Source: a virus (taxonomy: Duplodnaviria; Caudoviricetes). From it: a stretch of DNA of 64,000 nucleotides. Under the pieces are notes generated by a model, which saw only the letters and a program-made list of their open reading frames with translations, searched no databases and was not told the origin of the DNA. A program made the translations under genes and the position numbers. The DNA lies in the IMG/VR virus record IMGVR_UViG_3300028588_000001, positions 1-64,000 of that record. The stretch is one strand, 5' to 3'. Shown here piece by piece: positions 54,910 through 64,000 of this stretch (its first letter is position 1; the number at the start of each line of letters is the position of its first letter).

Positions 54910-56669
54910 CGGCACCACTGGCTTTGAAATCGTTCGGCGGCATCCTGCCGCGTGTGCCCGATACGGCACTGCCGTGGGGCGCCGCGCTGGTCGCCCGGAA
55001 CATCGACTTTGGCTACGGCGAGCTGCGATCGGCGAAAGGTAACTTCATGCTGCGCGAGCTGGCGATCGCCGCGCGCACCGTGTTCAGTGACGACGGCTTG
55101 AGCTTCTACGCCTGGACCGACGACGTGAACGCGGTAGTGAGCCCGCTGCAATCCGGCGATGCGCACGACCGCCTGTACTACACCAGCGGTAAGGACTTCC
55201 GGGTTACGCTGCTGTCGCTGGCCACCCTCGGCGGATCGACGCCGACGGCCAGCTATCGCGTCGGCGTGCCGCGCCCGACCCTTGGCCCGCGCGTGGAAGT
55301 GGTACCGCCGCAAGAGCCGGCCGCGCCCGTGGCCACCGTCGATCCCGAGCCGGCCGCGACCTATCCCGAGCGCCTGAAAAGCGCGCAGGACGCCTCCGAT
55401 TCGACGTTCAAGGCATCCAAGCAGGTCGACACCGAGACCCGCGCCTATGCCTACACCTACGCCAACGTCTACAACGAGGAAGGGCCACCGAGCCCCGCTA
55501 CGGTAGTGGATGTCACCACGATCACGTACAACGGCGTCAGCTACAAGAGCAAGGTGACAGTGACGATCCAGTTCGACCCGGCAAGCGCGTACGTGCCGAT
55601 CACGGAGGCGCGCCTATACCGCAGCGCCGGCGCCAACGATGCCGGCGACTACTACTTCACGACCACGATCCGCCCGGGCCAGCCGCAAATCGAGGATACC
55701 GTCACGGCCGGCAACCTGAACGAGTCCCTGTCGAGCCTGGACGCATACCCGCCGCCGGTCAACCTCAAGGGCCTATTCAACATCGGCAACGGCATCCTGT
55801 GCGCGTGGCGCGGCCGCGAGCTGTGGTTTAGCGATGCGTATCGGCCGTGGTCCTGGCCACCGTCTTACGTCGTCACGGTCCCGTACCCGATCGTCAGCGC
55901 GGTCGCGCACGGCGCCGGCGCGCTGGTGACGACGGTGGCCGAGCCCTGCCTCATCACCGGCATGAGCCCGGACGCCATGGCCCAGGTACCGCTGTCGATC
56001 TCCCAGGCCGGCGCCTCCAAGTGGTCCCTGATCAGCATGGGCGGCGTTGCCCTCTACGCCTGCAATGATGGCCTCGTGACGATTGAGGGCGGCCAGCCGA
56101 ATTTCCAGCTGTCGGAGCGCTTCTTTACCCGTGACGTGTGGCGATCGCGGTACGCCGCCGGCCTGGCCAGCATGCAGTTCGCCAGCTACGACGGCAAGCT
56201 GATCGTGTTCTCGCGTGAAAATCGGTTCGTGCCGTTCATGATCGACCTGGGGCCGGAAGGCGGCCAGATGACGGAATTGCCCGAACTGGTGGCGTCGACG
56301 GCGCTCGTGCTGACCACTTCGGATCAGATGTACATCGTCAAGGGCACCGGCCTGTACCAGTTCGCCGGCGGCGACATGCTCCCGCTGACCTGGAAAAGTG
56401 GCGACCTCGTGTTGCAGTCGCCGGCTGTACTCGCGGCCGTCGAGGTCGAGTGCGTCGGCAATTTCACCATCAAGTTCTATCAGGATGGCGTGCTGGGCTT
56501 CACCGAGACCGTCGACACCGGCCGCACTGTGTTCCGCCTGCCGAGCGAGCCCATTCCGGGCCACGCAGGCCTGCCGCCGTCCGATCGGTGGCAATTCGAG
56601 ATCAGCGGTACCGGCCGCTTCAAATGGATGAAAGCAGCGGCCTCGATCCGAGGCCTGAAAGCAGTGTAA
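54906..56669 (+). CDS. Tail nozzle / tubular protein B-like (beta-propeller)
   Basis: SFGGILPRV..ARNIDF..GELR; LWFSDAYRPWSWP. Confidence 0.7.
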   Translation: MTAPLALKSFGGILPRVPDTALPWGAALVARNIDFGYGELRSAKGNFMLRELAIAARTVFSDDGLSFYAWTDDVNAVVSPLQSGDAHDRLYYTSGKDFRVTLLSLATLGGSTPTASYRVGVPRPTLGPRVEVVPPQEPAAPVATVDPEPAATYPERLKSAQDASDSTFKASKQVDTETRAYAYTYANVYNEEGPPSPATVVDVTTITYNGVSYKSKVTVTIQFDPASAYVPITEARLYRSAGANDAGDYYFTTTIRPGQPQIEDTVTAGNLNESLSSLDAYPPPVNLKGLFNIGNGILCAWRGRELWFSDAYRPWSWPPSYVVTVPYPIVSAVAHGAGALVTTVAEPCLITGMSPDAMAQVPLSISQAGASKWSLISMGGVALYACNDGLVTIEGGQPNFQLSERFFTRDVWRSRYAAGLASMQFASYDGKLIVFSRENRFVPFMIDLGPEGGQMTELPELVASTALVLTTSDQMYIVKGTGLYQFAGGDMLPLTWKSGDLVLQSPAVLAAVEVECVGNFTIKFYQDGVLGFTETVDTGRTVFRLPSEPIPGHAGLPPSDRWQFEISGTGRFKWMKAAASIRGLKAV

Positions 56670-58235
56670 ATGGCAAAAGTACCAGCAGTTTCGACAGCCT
56701 CAATCGCATCGATCGCGGACCCGAACGTGCGCAATGTCCTGCGCGCGGTCGCGGACCATATCGCAGTGCGCAACGGCGATATCGGCAGTGGCGATCAGGC
56801 CTATCTGACCATGGGCGACCTGACCGGAAACAAACGGAACGCCCTGGAGCTGGCGAAAGCTGTCGCGCCGGCGCTGGCGTCAGGCGGCAGCGCGCCGGGC
56901 CAGCCGCTCGCGGATCTCGCCGACGCGCTGCGCGATCGCATCCTGCGCTCTCCCTATTGGCAAGAAATGTTCACCCGCCTGCAGGCGATCGACGCGCCCG
57001 ACACCGTGCCCGGTAGTCCTGCCTGGAAGCTGCTGCGAGAGGCGCGCGAGCGCGGCGCGGCCATCGACCATGTGCAAAACGTGGTGCAGGGCGTGAACGA
57101 GTCCCTTGTCAACGTGCGTGACACGCTCACGACCGCCATCGGCGACAACGCGGCCGCGATCTCGTCCGAGGTCGAGCTGCGCACCACGGCCGACACCGCG
57201 ATCCTCAATTCGGTGAAGGAGTTCATCACGTCGGTCGGGCAGTCGTTCGCCGGCGTCGAGCAAAAGATCACCCTACGGACCAACAACGAGAACGCGCTCG
57301 CCGAGGCCATCAACACGATCTGGGCGCGCGTGGGCGCCAATGAGGGCCTGATCCAGTCGGGCGAACAGATCGCGGTCAACCCGGTCGGCAGCGTCGTCAC
57401 CAAGTTCGACCAGCTGCAAGCCGTCGTGCGCAAGCAGGCCGACGACCTGGGCAACACGATCGAGTCCGCGGCGATCATCCGAGAGGATCTGAAAGTCTCG
57501 AACACGGCCATCGACGGGCTCAAGGGCAAGTGGGGCGTGAAGGTCGACCTCGACGGCTACGTCGCCGGCGTTTCGCTCAATGCCGGCGTCGATCCGCAGG
57601 GCCGATCCGAATCCATGTTCATCGTCCTGTCCGATATCTTCGCAGTGGGCGCGCCGGGCAAGCCTACCGTCGTCCCGTTCGCGATCGACGCCACCACGGG
57701 CCTTGTCGCGATCGACGGCAACCTCGTGGCAACCGGCACGATCAGCGCAAAGCAGCTCTCGGCCTACTCGGTCCAGCGTGACAAGCTGGCCCTGAAAGTG
57801 GTCGGCGGCGCGCAGATCGACGACCTGGCCGTCGATACCCTCAAGCTGGCCAACCAGTCCGTGACCACGATGGAGCAGTTCAACGACGTGATCTACGGTA
57901 AAACACCTGGCTCGAACAACGGCAGCAAGTACTTCAACAGCTCGTTTTACATGGCGCACCCGGGCGATGCCTACATCATCACTGTGTCGCAGTTCTTCTC
58001 GAACAGCCCGAATGCCGACTGGAGCCAAGTGGAAGTCACCTGTGATGGCATGGCGGTCGGGTCGGGCATCGAGCGTAAGGCGTCATCGGTTCAGGCGCCG
58101 AACGTCATCATCGGCAAAGTCACCCTTTCGGCCGGCTGGAAAACGGTCCAAGTGAAAAACCAGTGGGCTAACATCGAGCTGGATAACACGGTCGTCAACA
58201 CAACGTCCGTCGTCGTTTTTCGAGCGTACAAATGA
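56670..58235 (+). CDS. Tail tip/fiber protein with DUF1983-like domain
   Basis: WGVKVDLDGYVAGV..FIVLSDIFAV..PF..IDG..GTISA. Confidence 0.8.
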   Translation: MAKVPAVSTASIASIADPNVRNVLRAVADHIAVRNGDIGSGDQAYLTMGDLTGNKRNALELAKAVAPALASGGSAPGQPLADLADALRDRILRSPYWQEMFTRLQAIDAPDTVPGSPAWKLLREARERGAAIDHVQNVVQGVNESLVNVRDTLTTAIGDNAAAISSEVELRTTADTAILNSVKEFITSVGQSFAGVEQKITLRTNNENALAEAINTIWARVGANEGLIQSGEQIAVNPVGSVVTKFDQLQAVVRKQADDLGNTIESAAIIREDLKVSNTAIDGLKGKWGVKVDLDGYVAGVSLNAGVDPQGRSESMFIVLSDIFAVGAPGKPTVVPFAIDATTGLVAIDGNLVATGTISAKQLSAYSVQRDKLALKVVGGAQIDDLAVDTLKLANQSVTTMEQFNDVIYGKTPGSNNGSKYFNSSFYMAHPGDAYIITVSQFFSNSPNADWSQVEVTCDGMAVGSGIERKASSVQAPNVIIGKVTLSAGWKTVQVKNQWANIELDNTVVNTTSVVVFRAYK

Positions 58236-58642
58236 AATACACCTTCTTTTCTCTTGAGGATGGCCGCTACCTGGGCGCCATCGACACATCGAGCCCGGAA
58301 AGCCTGGAGCGCAACACGCCGCCGGGCGCACGCGCCGTGGAGGGCAACCACTCGCACGAGTCCTATTTCGAGGACGGCGCGGTGCACCCGATCCCTGCGC
58401 GCGTGAACCCCTACGACACCTGGGATTTTGCTGCGCACCTGTGGCGCGACGTGCGCACGGACGAGAAGCGCACCGCCGATGCCGCCGAAGAGATCGCGGC
58501 CGCCCGGCGCGCCGCCTACCCACCGCTGGCGGATCTCGCCGACGCCCTGTACTGGCAGTCTCAGGGCGACAACTCCAAGATGGACGCCTACAACGCCCAG
58601 GTGGCGGCCGTGAAGGCGGAATTTCCGAAACGCGTCACGTAA
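58232..58642 (+). CDS. Tail fiber assembly chaperone-like protein
   Basis: RRAAYPPLADLADALYW..VKAEFPK. Confidence 0.7.
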   Translation: MKYTFFSLEDGRYLGAIDTSSPESLERNTPPGARAVEGNHSHESYFEDGAVHPIPARVNPYDTWDFAAHLWRDVRTDEKRTADAAEEIAAARRAAYPPLADLADALYWQSQGDNSKMDAYNAQVAAVKAEFPKRVT

Positions 58643-58660
58643 ATAGTCCAGACCGGCGCC

Positions 58661-58676
58661 TGTATTGTGCAATACA
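58661..58676. promoter_or_regulatory. Palindrome TGTATTG-TG-CAATACA
   Basis: Perfect palindrome; one-mismatch copy at 27621-27636. Confidence 0.5.
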
Positions 58677-58750
58677 ACAGGCCCGGCTAAAAAGTAAAAG
58701 TTCGCGGAACCGCCCATAGACTTCTGCCTATCAATTTTCAGGAGGCAGGC

Positions 58751-59647
58751 TTGGAACTCTCGCGCACCCACGAATCACCGTCCCACGCGCCGATCGCAGA
58801 ACTCATGCGCGGCTTGCCGATCACGCCGGCAATGGTCGAGGCGGCCGAAAACGCATCGCTTCAACTCGAACAAGTGTCCTGCCCGGTTGTGCACCGCTTC
58901 GGCCCGGGGATCTGTGTGCGCGAGGTGTTCATGCCGGCCGGGACGTTCGCAATCGGCCACCACCAGCGTTACGAGCACATCAACGTTTTCCTGCAGGGCC
59001 GCGTGACGATGATTCAGGACGACGGGTCGACCCGCGAGCTGGTCGCGCCCATGTTCTTCATCGGCCAGCCCGGGCGCAAGGTCGGCTACATCCATGAGGA
59101 TGTGGTGTGGCTGAATATCTACGCGACCGACGAGACCGACGTGGCGAAGATCGAAGAGCACTTTGTCGATCGAAGCGCGGCATGGAAGGCGCACGCCAGT
59201 CAGCAGCTGGCCATCGATTCACTCGGCCGACAGGTCGACCGCGACGACTTCGCCAGCGCGATCGCCGAGATGGGCTTTACCGCCGAGCAGGCACGCCAAA
59301 TGGCCGAGGACGACAGCGACGTAATGCCGCTCCCGCCTGGGCACTACAAGATCCGGCTGTCCGACTCGCCGATCGAGGGCAAGGGCGTATTTGCCACGTC
59401 GAGCATTGCCCCGGGCGAAATGATCGCGCCGGCGCGCATCGACGGGTACCGGACCCTGGCCGGCCGCTACGTGAACCACGCAAAACACCCGAACGCACGA
59501 CTGAAAGCGGTGAACGAGCGCGGCGACATGGCTTTTGTCGCGATCGCGCCTATCGCCGGCTGTCATGGCGGCGGGAATGGCGACGAGATCACGGTCGATT
59601 ACCGGCAAGTGGTCCCGGCATATCCCAAATTTGTTAATAAGGAATAA
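58751..59647 (+). CDS. Cupin-SET domain fusion protein
   Basis: N-terminal cupin-like HRFGPG..REVFMPAG..GHHQ..H; C-terminal SET motifs SPIEGKGVFAT, RYVNHA..PN and EITVDY. Confidence 0.85.
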   Translation: MELSRTHESPSHAPIAELMRGLPITPAMVEAAENASLQLEQVSCPVVHRFGPGICVREVFMPAGTFAIGHHQRYEHINVFLQGRVTMIQDDGSTRELVAPMFFIGQPGRKVGYIHEDVVWLNIYATDETDVAKIEEHFVDRSAAWKAHASQQLAIDSLGRQVDRDDFASAIAEMGFTAEQARQMAEDDSDVMPLPPGHYKIRLSDSPIEGKGVFATSSIAPGEMIAPARIDGYRTLAGRYVNHAKHPNARLKAVNERGDMAFVAIAPIAGCHGGGNGDEITVDYRQVVPAYPKFVNKE

Positions 59648-59650
59648 ACA

Positions 59651-60388
59651 ATGTCAGTAGTTGCAGCAGCCGTTATCGGCAGCGCCGTTGTCGGCGGCGT
59701 GGTCTCCAGCAAAGCATCCAAGAATGCAACGCAGGCCCAGGACCGCGCCACCGACGCGAACGCGTACCAGGGCGAGATCGCGACCGACCAATACGACTAC
59801 TACAAGGGCACCTATCGTCCGCTCGAAACGTCACTGGTCGCGGAGGCTACAGCTGCCGGCAGTCAAGCCGAGTACGACAAGGCCGCGGCCGACGCGCAAT
59901 CGACGGTTTCGACCCAGCTGGGCCTTGCAGCGGATCGCTTGCGCCGTACGCCCGGGCTCGACCCATCCAGCGCGGCATCGGCGGCCGCAAACACCAATCT
60001 TGCGCTCAAGGGCGCCGCGATGGGCGCCGGCGCCCAGAACGCAGCGCGTGAGCAGGTCAAGGACAAGGCCTACGCGAAGAAGATGGATGCTGTCGGGCTC
60101 GGCAAGGGCCTCGTGACCAATGCCATGAACGGCCTGAGCAGCGCGGCCGCAACTGCGCAATCCGCAGCGAATGCGCAAAACGCGCAGGCCGCGTCGACCG
60201 CGAGTAGCGTGGGCGGCGCCGCGTCGACGGCAATCACGGCTCTGGCCAACAAGAATTGGGGGCTGACGGGCTACCAGCCGCAGGGCAACTACACCGGCAC
60301 CGGCTCCAGCTGGGTCGACAACTACACGCCCAGCACAGCGCCGGTAACGATTGATCCGAGCGTCGGCGCCGTCATGCCCAGCATTTAA
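59651..60388 (+). CDS. Internal virion (ejection/pilot) protein
   Basis: Hydrophobic Gly/Ala N-terminus (MSVVAAAVIGSAVVGG) and Ala-rich helices; typical position. Confidence 0.7.
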   Translation: MSVVAAAVIGSAVVGGVVSSKASKNATQAQDRATDANAYQGEIATDQYDYYKGTYRPLETSLVAEATAAGSQAEYDKAAADAQSTVSTQLGLAADRLRRTPGLDPSSAASAAANTNLALKGAAMGAGAQNAAREQVKDKAYAKKMDAVGLGKGLVTNAMNGLSSAAATAQSAANAQNAQAASTASSVGGAASTAITALANKNWGLTGYQPQGNYTGTGSSWVDNYTPSTAPVTIDPSVGAVMPSI

Positions 60389-60403
60389 CAGAAAGGTAAC
60401 AGC

Positions 60404-62317
60404 ATGTCATTCAATTGGGGCGGGGTCGCCGCAGCAATTCAGGGCGCAGATGCCGCGCAACGCCAGCGCAAGGACGATGAACGCAGGGACGCGGCCGAGG
60501 CGCGCGCCACACGCGCTGATGAGCGTGCGGATCAGGCCGCAGCGTTTGAAGAAGAGGCGCGCGGCCGCCAGCGCACCGAATGGAAGGAAACCGACCGTAT
60601 CAAGGACGCCGACAAGGCGGATCGCGATGCGGTAGCCAAGGAATTCGACGCGAAGGCGGCCGCGCTCCAGACCGGCGCCGGCGCGCAGGATGTCGCCGAC
60701 GCCCAGCAGCAGGTTGCGGCGGACAAGCAGCAGGCCGCGATCGACGCCGCGCTCGCCCCGCCGTCCGACCTGTTGCCGGGCGCGGCCGCAGCAGCGCCGG
60801 CGCCGGCCGCATCGGTCGTCAAGACCGGCGCCTCGACCAAGCCGAGCTGGGCCACGCCAGCGCCGGCGGCCGCCGATACCTCGGGCTCGCCCAAGCTCGA
60901 CCCGGCCGTGGCCGCGAAGCTGCAAGCGAACGCCGGCGGCATCCCGCAGGCGCAAGACTTCAATGACTCCCTCGATCGCCAGCTGGCATTCCTGCGCCGC
61001 AAGAGCGCGCGCGGGGACATGAAGCCGGAAGAGTACGCTGCATCGGCAACCGTGCTGGACCGGCTGAAAAATGAAGGCGTCAACGATGCCCTGGCTCTGA
61101 TGGCGCAAGGGCGCTACGACGAGGCGATGAAGCGCTACAACAGCGTGGGCACCATGCGTGGCGCCGCGATTATCAAGGCGGAAGAGGGCACGACCAAGAT
61201 CAACGGCGAGGACGTGCCGACCCGCTTCGTCACGGTGCGCAACCCGGATGGCTCGCGCACGACCATGGACGTTGCGAAGGCGCAGTACCAGCTGCTCGAC
61301 ATGAATACGCAGCTCCAGCACGCCGACCGTGCGAACACGCGCCGGGATGCAAATACGCACGCTGACCGGACCTACGAGCTGCAAAAGAAGGAAGCCGACC
61401 AGCGCGCGAAAGACGCCGCGGCCTCGCGTTCGTTGCAGGCGCGCCAGATCGCGATCGCCGAGGCGAACACGCCATCGGGCCAGTTGCTCGCCGCCGAGAA
61501 GGCACTCGGCCGCAAGCTCACGCCCGAAGAAAAGGCGACGAAGCTGGGCTTTGACACGCTGCCGCCGCAGACCCGCGCCCAGCTCAACAGCCTGTTGAAA
61601 GAGGTCGAGGGAATCTCGTCGGCCATGAACAAGTCGCAGGCCGAGGGCACCTGGGACGAGAAAACCGCCGGCGCGCAGCAGCTCATGCAACGCCAGGGCG
61701 TGCTCAACGTCCAGATCAAGCAGCTGCTCAACAAGCAGGGGAATGGTTCGGGCAAGGCCGATGCCGATCCGCTGGGCCTGTTGTCGCCGCCGCCAGCGCA
61801 GAAAGGCGGCGCGCCGGCGGCCGCCGCTGCACCGGCCTCGCCCGCAGCAACGCCGAAAAGCACAACGAGGGCCGAGGTGGCCCAGGGAATTGCTGCGCAG
61901 GCGAAAAATCCAGCGCTGGGCGGTTTGCCGCCGCTTTCCTTCGCGGCCGCCAAGGCCAGCCCGATCCCTGCGGCTGCATCGGGCGTGCTCAAGCCCGTCG
62001 GCGGCGTACGGCCGCAAGCCCAAGCCGCCGGCCCGCAGGCGACTCCGGGCTCGCAGGCCGCAATCGCGCAGGCAATCGGCCTCACCAATGACGGCGCCAT
62101 GAATGGCGTTGTCATGCAGCAGGCCGACGCAATCGCACAAGCGAACAACGCCTTCATCCTCGCGCGCCGCACCTATCAAGCGGTGGCGAATTCGGGCGAC
62201 GAAGCGGCAACGAAACAAGCGCTGAAAGACTACTACACGACCAATGACGCCCTGCGCGAAGCGCTCGGCCGCGTGGGCAATCAGCGTGCGGCCGTCGAGG
62301 CCGCAATCGGAATGTAA
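60404..62317 (+). CDS. Internal virion (ejection) protein
   Basis: 637-aa Ala/Gln-rich helical protein between the pilot and the giant protein. Confidence 0.65.
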   Translation: MSFNWGGVAAAIQGADAAQRQRKDDERRDAAEARATRADERADQAAAFEEEARGRQRTEWKETDRIKDADKADRDAVAKEFDAKAAALQTGAGAQDVADAQQQVAADKQQAAIDAALAPPSDLLPGAAAAAPAPAASVVKTGASTKPSWATPAPAAADTSGSPKLDPAVAAKLQANAGGIPQAQDFNDSLDRQLAFLRRKSARGDMKPEEYAASATVLDRLKNEGVNDALALMAQGRYDEAMKRYNSVGTMRGAAIIKAEEGTTKINGEDVPTRFVTVRNPDGSRTTMDVAKAQYQLLDMNTQLQHADRANTRRDANTHADRTYELQKKEADQRAKDAAASRSLQARQIAIAEANTPSGQLLAAEKALGRKLTPEEKATKLGFDTLPPQTRAQLNSLLKEVEGISSAMNKSQAEGTWDEKTAGAQQLMQRQGVLNVQIKQLLNKQGNGSGKADADPLGLLSPPPAQKGGAPAAAAAPASPAATPKSTTRAEVAQGIAAQAKNPALGGLPPLSFAAAKASPIPAAASGVLKPVGGVRPQAQAAGPQATPGSQAAIAQAIGLTNDGAMNGVVMQQADAIAQANNAFILARRTYQAVANSGDEAATKQALKDYYTTNDALREALGRVGNQRAAVEAAIGM

Positions 62318-62338
62318 TGACAAGGAATTAAGCCGGCA

Positions 62339-64000
62339 ATGAGTGATCTGAACGCAGTACGTCAAAAACTCCCCGAACTGGCCGGGCTCGACGATGAACA
62401 CCTCGTCGACGCCGTGCACCAGTTGTATTACCCGCAGGTCGACAAGGCCGTTCTCGCGCAGAAGCTCGGCTACAAGCCGCCGGAAAAGCCGGTTGAGCAG
62501 GCTGGCCTGTTCCGCACGGCTGGCGACGTGGGCATCAAGCTCGCGCAAGGCGTGGTCGACCTGGGGCAATCTGCCATCGGCGCCGCCAATCTGGCATCGC
62601 TCGGTCTCGTCGGCTCGGGCCTGGATGCCGTAGGCTACGATCCGAACCTGCCGAAACGCATCAACGATGGCATGGGCGAGTACTTGAGTCCGGCCCAGAA
62701 GGCCTCGGACGCCAAGGTGGCGAATGCTGACGGCTTCGTGGACACGCTCGCGGAGTCCGTCAAGAACCCGCGCGCGATCGTCGGCAGCATCGCCGAATCG
62801 GTCCCGGGAATGGCCGCAGGCATGTACGGTACCAGCGCGCTCGCTGGCCGCATTGGCCTCAAGGCGGCCATGGCGACGGCCGAGGGGCAGGCCGCAAGCG
62901 CAGCTGCGAGCGCCGCCGGCGCGACTGCGAAAGAAGCAGCAGCGGCCGCGCTCAAGACGCAAGCCGGCGCCGCCGCCGCCAAGGATGCCATCGATGCGGC
63001 CGGCACCAAGCTGCTCGCCACCGGCGCCGGCATCGAGGGCGCCCAGAGCGCCGGCCAGATCGCCGAGCAGGCGCGTGCTGCCGGGCGTGATTACGGCGAC
63101 TATGCGCTGCCGGCGGCCGCCGCAGGCCTGGGCACGGCCGCGATCGGGCTGGGCGCGGGCAAGCTCATGGGCGATTCGGCGACCAAGATCGCCACCGGCG
63201 CGCAGTCCACCGGCGTCAAGGGCGGGCTCGCGGCGCGCGTGGGCAAGGAATTCTTGAGCGAGGGCGTGCTGGAGGAAATGCCGCAGTCCGCCCAAGAGCA
63301 GGTATTCACCAACATGGCGAACGGCGACCCGCTCGATAAGGGCGTGGCCAATGCCGCCGCCTCGGGGCTGATCACGGGCGGCGTCATGGGCGCCGGCATG
63401 GGTGCATTCCAGAACCACGGCGATGCACCGGCCGCGCCGGCGCCTGTCGTACTGCCGAACACCGGCCCGCTGTCGCAGGCGGCGAACGCCGGCCAGGCCG
63501 CCCAGGCCGCAGCAGCAGCCCAGCAGGCGCCGGCGGCACCAGCTGCGCCGGCGGCACCAGCCGCTCCAGCGGCACCGGCCACGCCGGCGCAGATGCCGCT
63601 CGACGCGATCGACGCGCGCCTGTCCGAGATCCGCGCGATCGGGCGCGGTACCGAAGATCAGACCATCCAGAACCCGGACGGCACCACGTCGACCGTCAAG
63701 GGCGCAGTGCCGCGCCGCTACACCCCGGAAGAGCGCGCCGAGTACGACACCCTGATCGCCGAACGCAAGAAGCGGGTCGCGATCCCGGCCGACCAGCAGG
63801 CCGAGTATCAGCAGCTGCTGACCGACGAGGCGCAGGCGCAGGCGCAACAGGCAACCCCGAAGGGCCAGCAGGCCGCGCCGCAGAGCCAGCAGCAAACGCC
63901 CGATATGTTCGCGCCGCCGCCGCTGCCGTCGCCGGCCGAGCAGGATGCCGAGATCCAGCGCCTGATCGCCGAGGAAGAGGCGCAGCGCCGCGCCGCCCAG
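62339..64000 (+). CDS. N-terminus of a giant internal virion protein (3'-truncated)
   Basis: ATG at 62339 after AAGGA; read manually as MSDLNAVRQKLPEL..EGVLEEMPQSAQEQ... No stop seen in the parts I translated. It is absent from the ORF track, consistent with no stop before the window edge. Confidence 0.85.
   Translation, partial: MSDLNAVRQKLPELAGLDDEHLVDAVHQLYYPQVDKAVLAQKLGYKPPEKPVEQAGLFRTAGDVGIKLAQGVVDLGQSAIGAANLASLGLVGSGLDAVGYDPNLPKRINDGMGEYLSPAQKASDAKVANADGFVDTLAESVKNPRAIVGSIAESVPGMAAGMYGTSALAGRIGLKAAMATAEGQAASAAASAAGATAKEAAAAALKTQAGAAAAKDAIDAAGTKLLATGAGIEGAQSAGQIAEQARAAGRDYGDYALPAAAAGLGTAAIGLGAGKLMGDSATKIATGAQSTGVKGGLAARVGKEFLSEGVLEEMPQSAQEQVFTNMANGDPLDKGVANAAASGLITGGVMGAGMGAFQNHGDAPAAPAPVVLPNTGPLSQAANAGQAAQAAAAAQQAPAAPAAPAAPAAPAAPATPAQMPLDAIDARLSEIRAIGRGTEDQTIQNPDGTTSTVKGAVPRRYTPEERAEYDTLIAERKKRVAIPADQQAEYQQLLTDEAQAQAQQATPKGQQAAPQSQQQTPDMFAPPPLPSPAEQDAEIQRLIAEEEAQRRAAQ

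Larger units (their letters stand above)
1..64000. mobile_element. Temperate tailed phage (podovirus-like, N4-gp56-family capsid) with plasmid replicon; probable phage-plasmid
   Basis: Terminase, portal, capsid, tail, lysis, repressor and recombination genes span the window, together with parA/parB/rep. No integrase or host housekeeping genes were recognised. Confidence 0.88.

Noticed and set aside
48291-58235. Diversity-generating retroelement or invertible tail-fiber cassette
   Set aside because: No reverse transcriptase, invertase, template/variable repeat pair or flanking inverted sites were found.
127-63895. Long antisense ORFs (127-1734, 2383-4059, 4135-5907, 13238-15685, 39708-42341, 60407-63895 and similar)
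   Set aside because: Shadows of real genes on the opposite strand, expected in GC-rich DNA; Arg/Gly/Ala-rich with no motifs.
63962-64000. Direct in-frame fusion of base 64000 to base 1 (genome exactly 64 kb)
   Set aside because: The frames happen to match (a 1-in-3 chance), but the helicase N-lobe would be missing, and 64,000 is simply the window size.

Overview
The window holds most of a GC-rich temperate podovirus-type phage that carries its own plasmid replicon (parA-parB-rep, with a predicted antisense RNA) and shows no integrase, so it is probably a phage-plasmid. The host is probably an Oxalobacteraceae/Massilia-like betaproteobacterium (inference). Left to right: the 3' part of a giant virion polyvalent protein (SF2 helicase C-lobe, HEXXH peptidase, ADP-ribosyltransferase-like and PLxRFG domains); hns; rep/parB/parA; a recombination operon (Rad50/SbcC-like ATPase, RecT, PD-(D/E)XK exonuclease); an immunity region (LexA box, short cI without autocleavage domain); NinB, DUF1364, a lytic replication initiator and a Q-like regulator; a 9-kb leftward accessory block ending in a TGT/DpdA-like gene; tRNA-Gln followed by a ~570-nt structured non-coding region containing a complete type I hammerhead ribozyme core; terminase, portal, scaffold, N4-gp56-family capsid and tail genes; a holin/SAR-lysozyme/Rz/Rz1 cassette; a cupin-SET fusion; ejection proteins; and the 5' end of a giant gene that is probably the same gene whose 3' end opens the window. 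The most novel-looking element is the tRNA-Gln / large RNA / embedded hammerhead locus, transcribed divergently from the DpdA-like gene. All calls come from motif recognition and manual base-pairing; no searches or folding programs were run.
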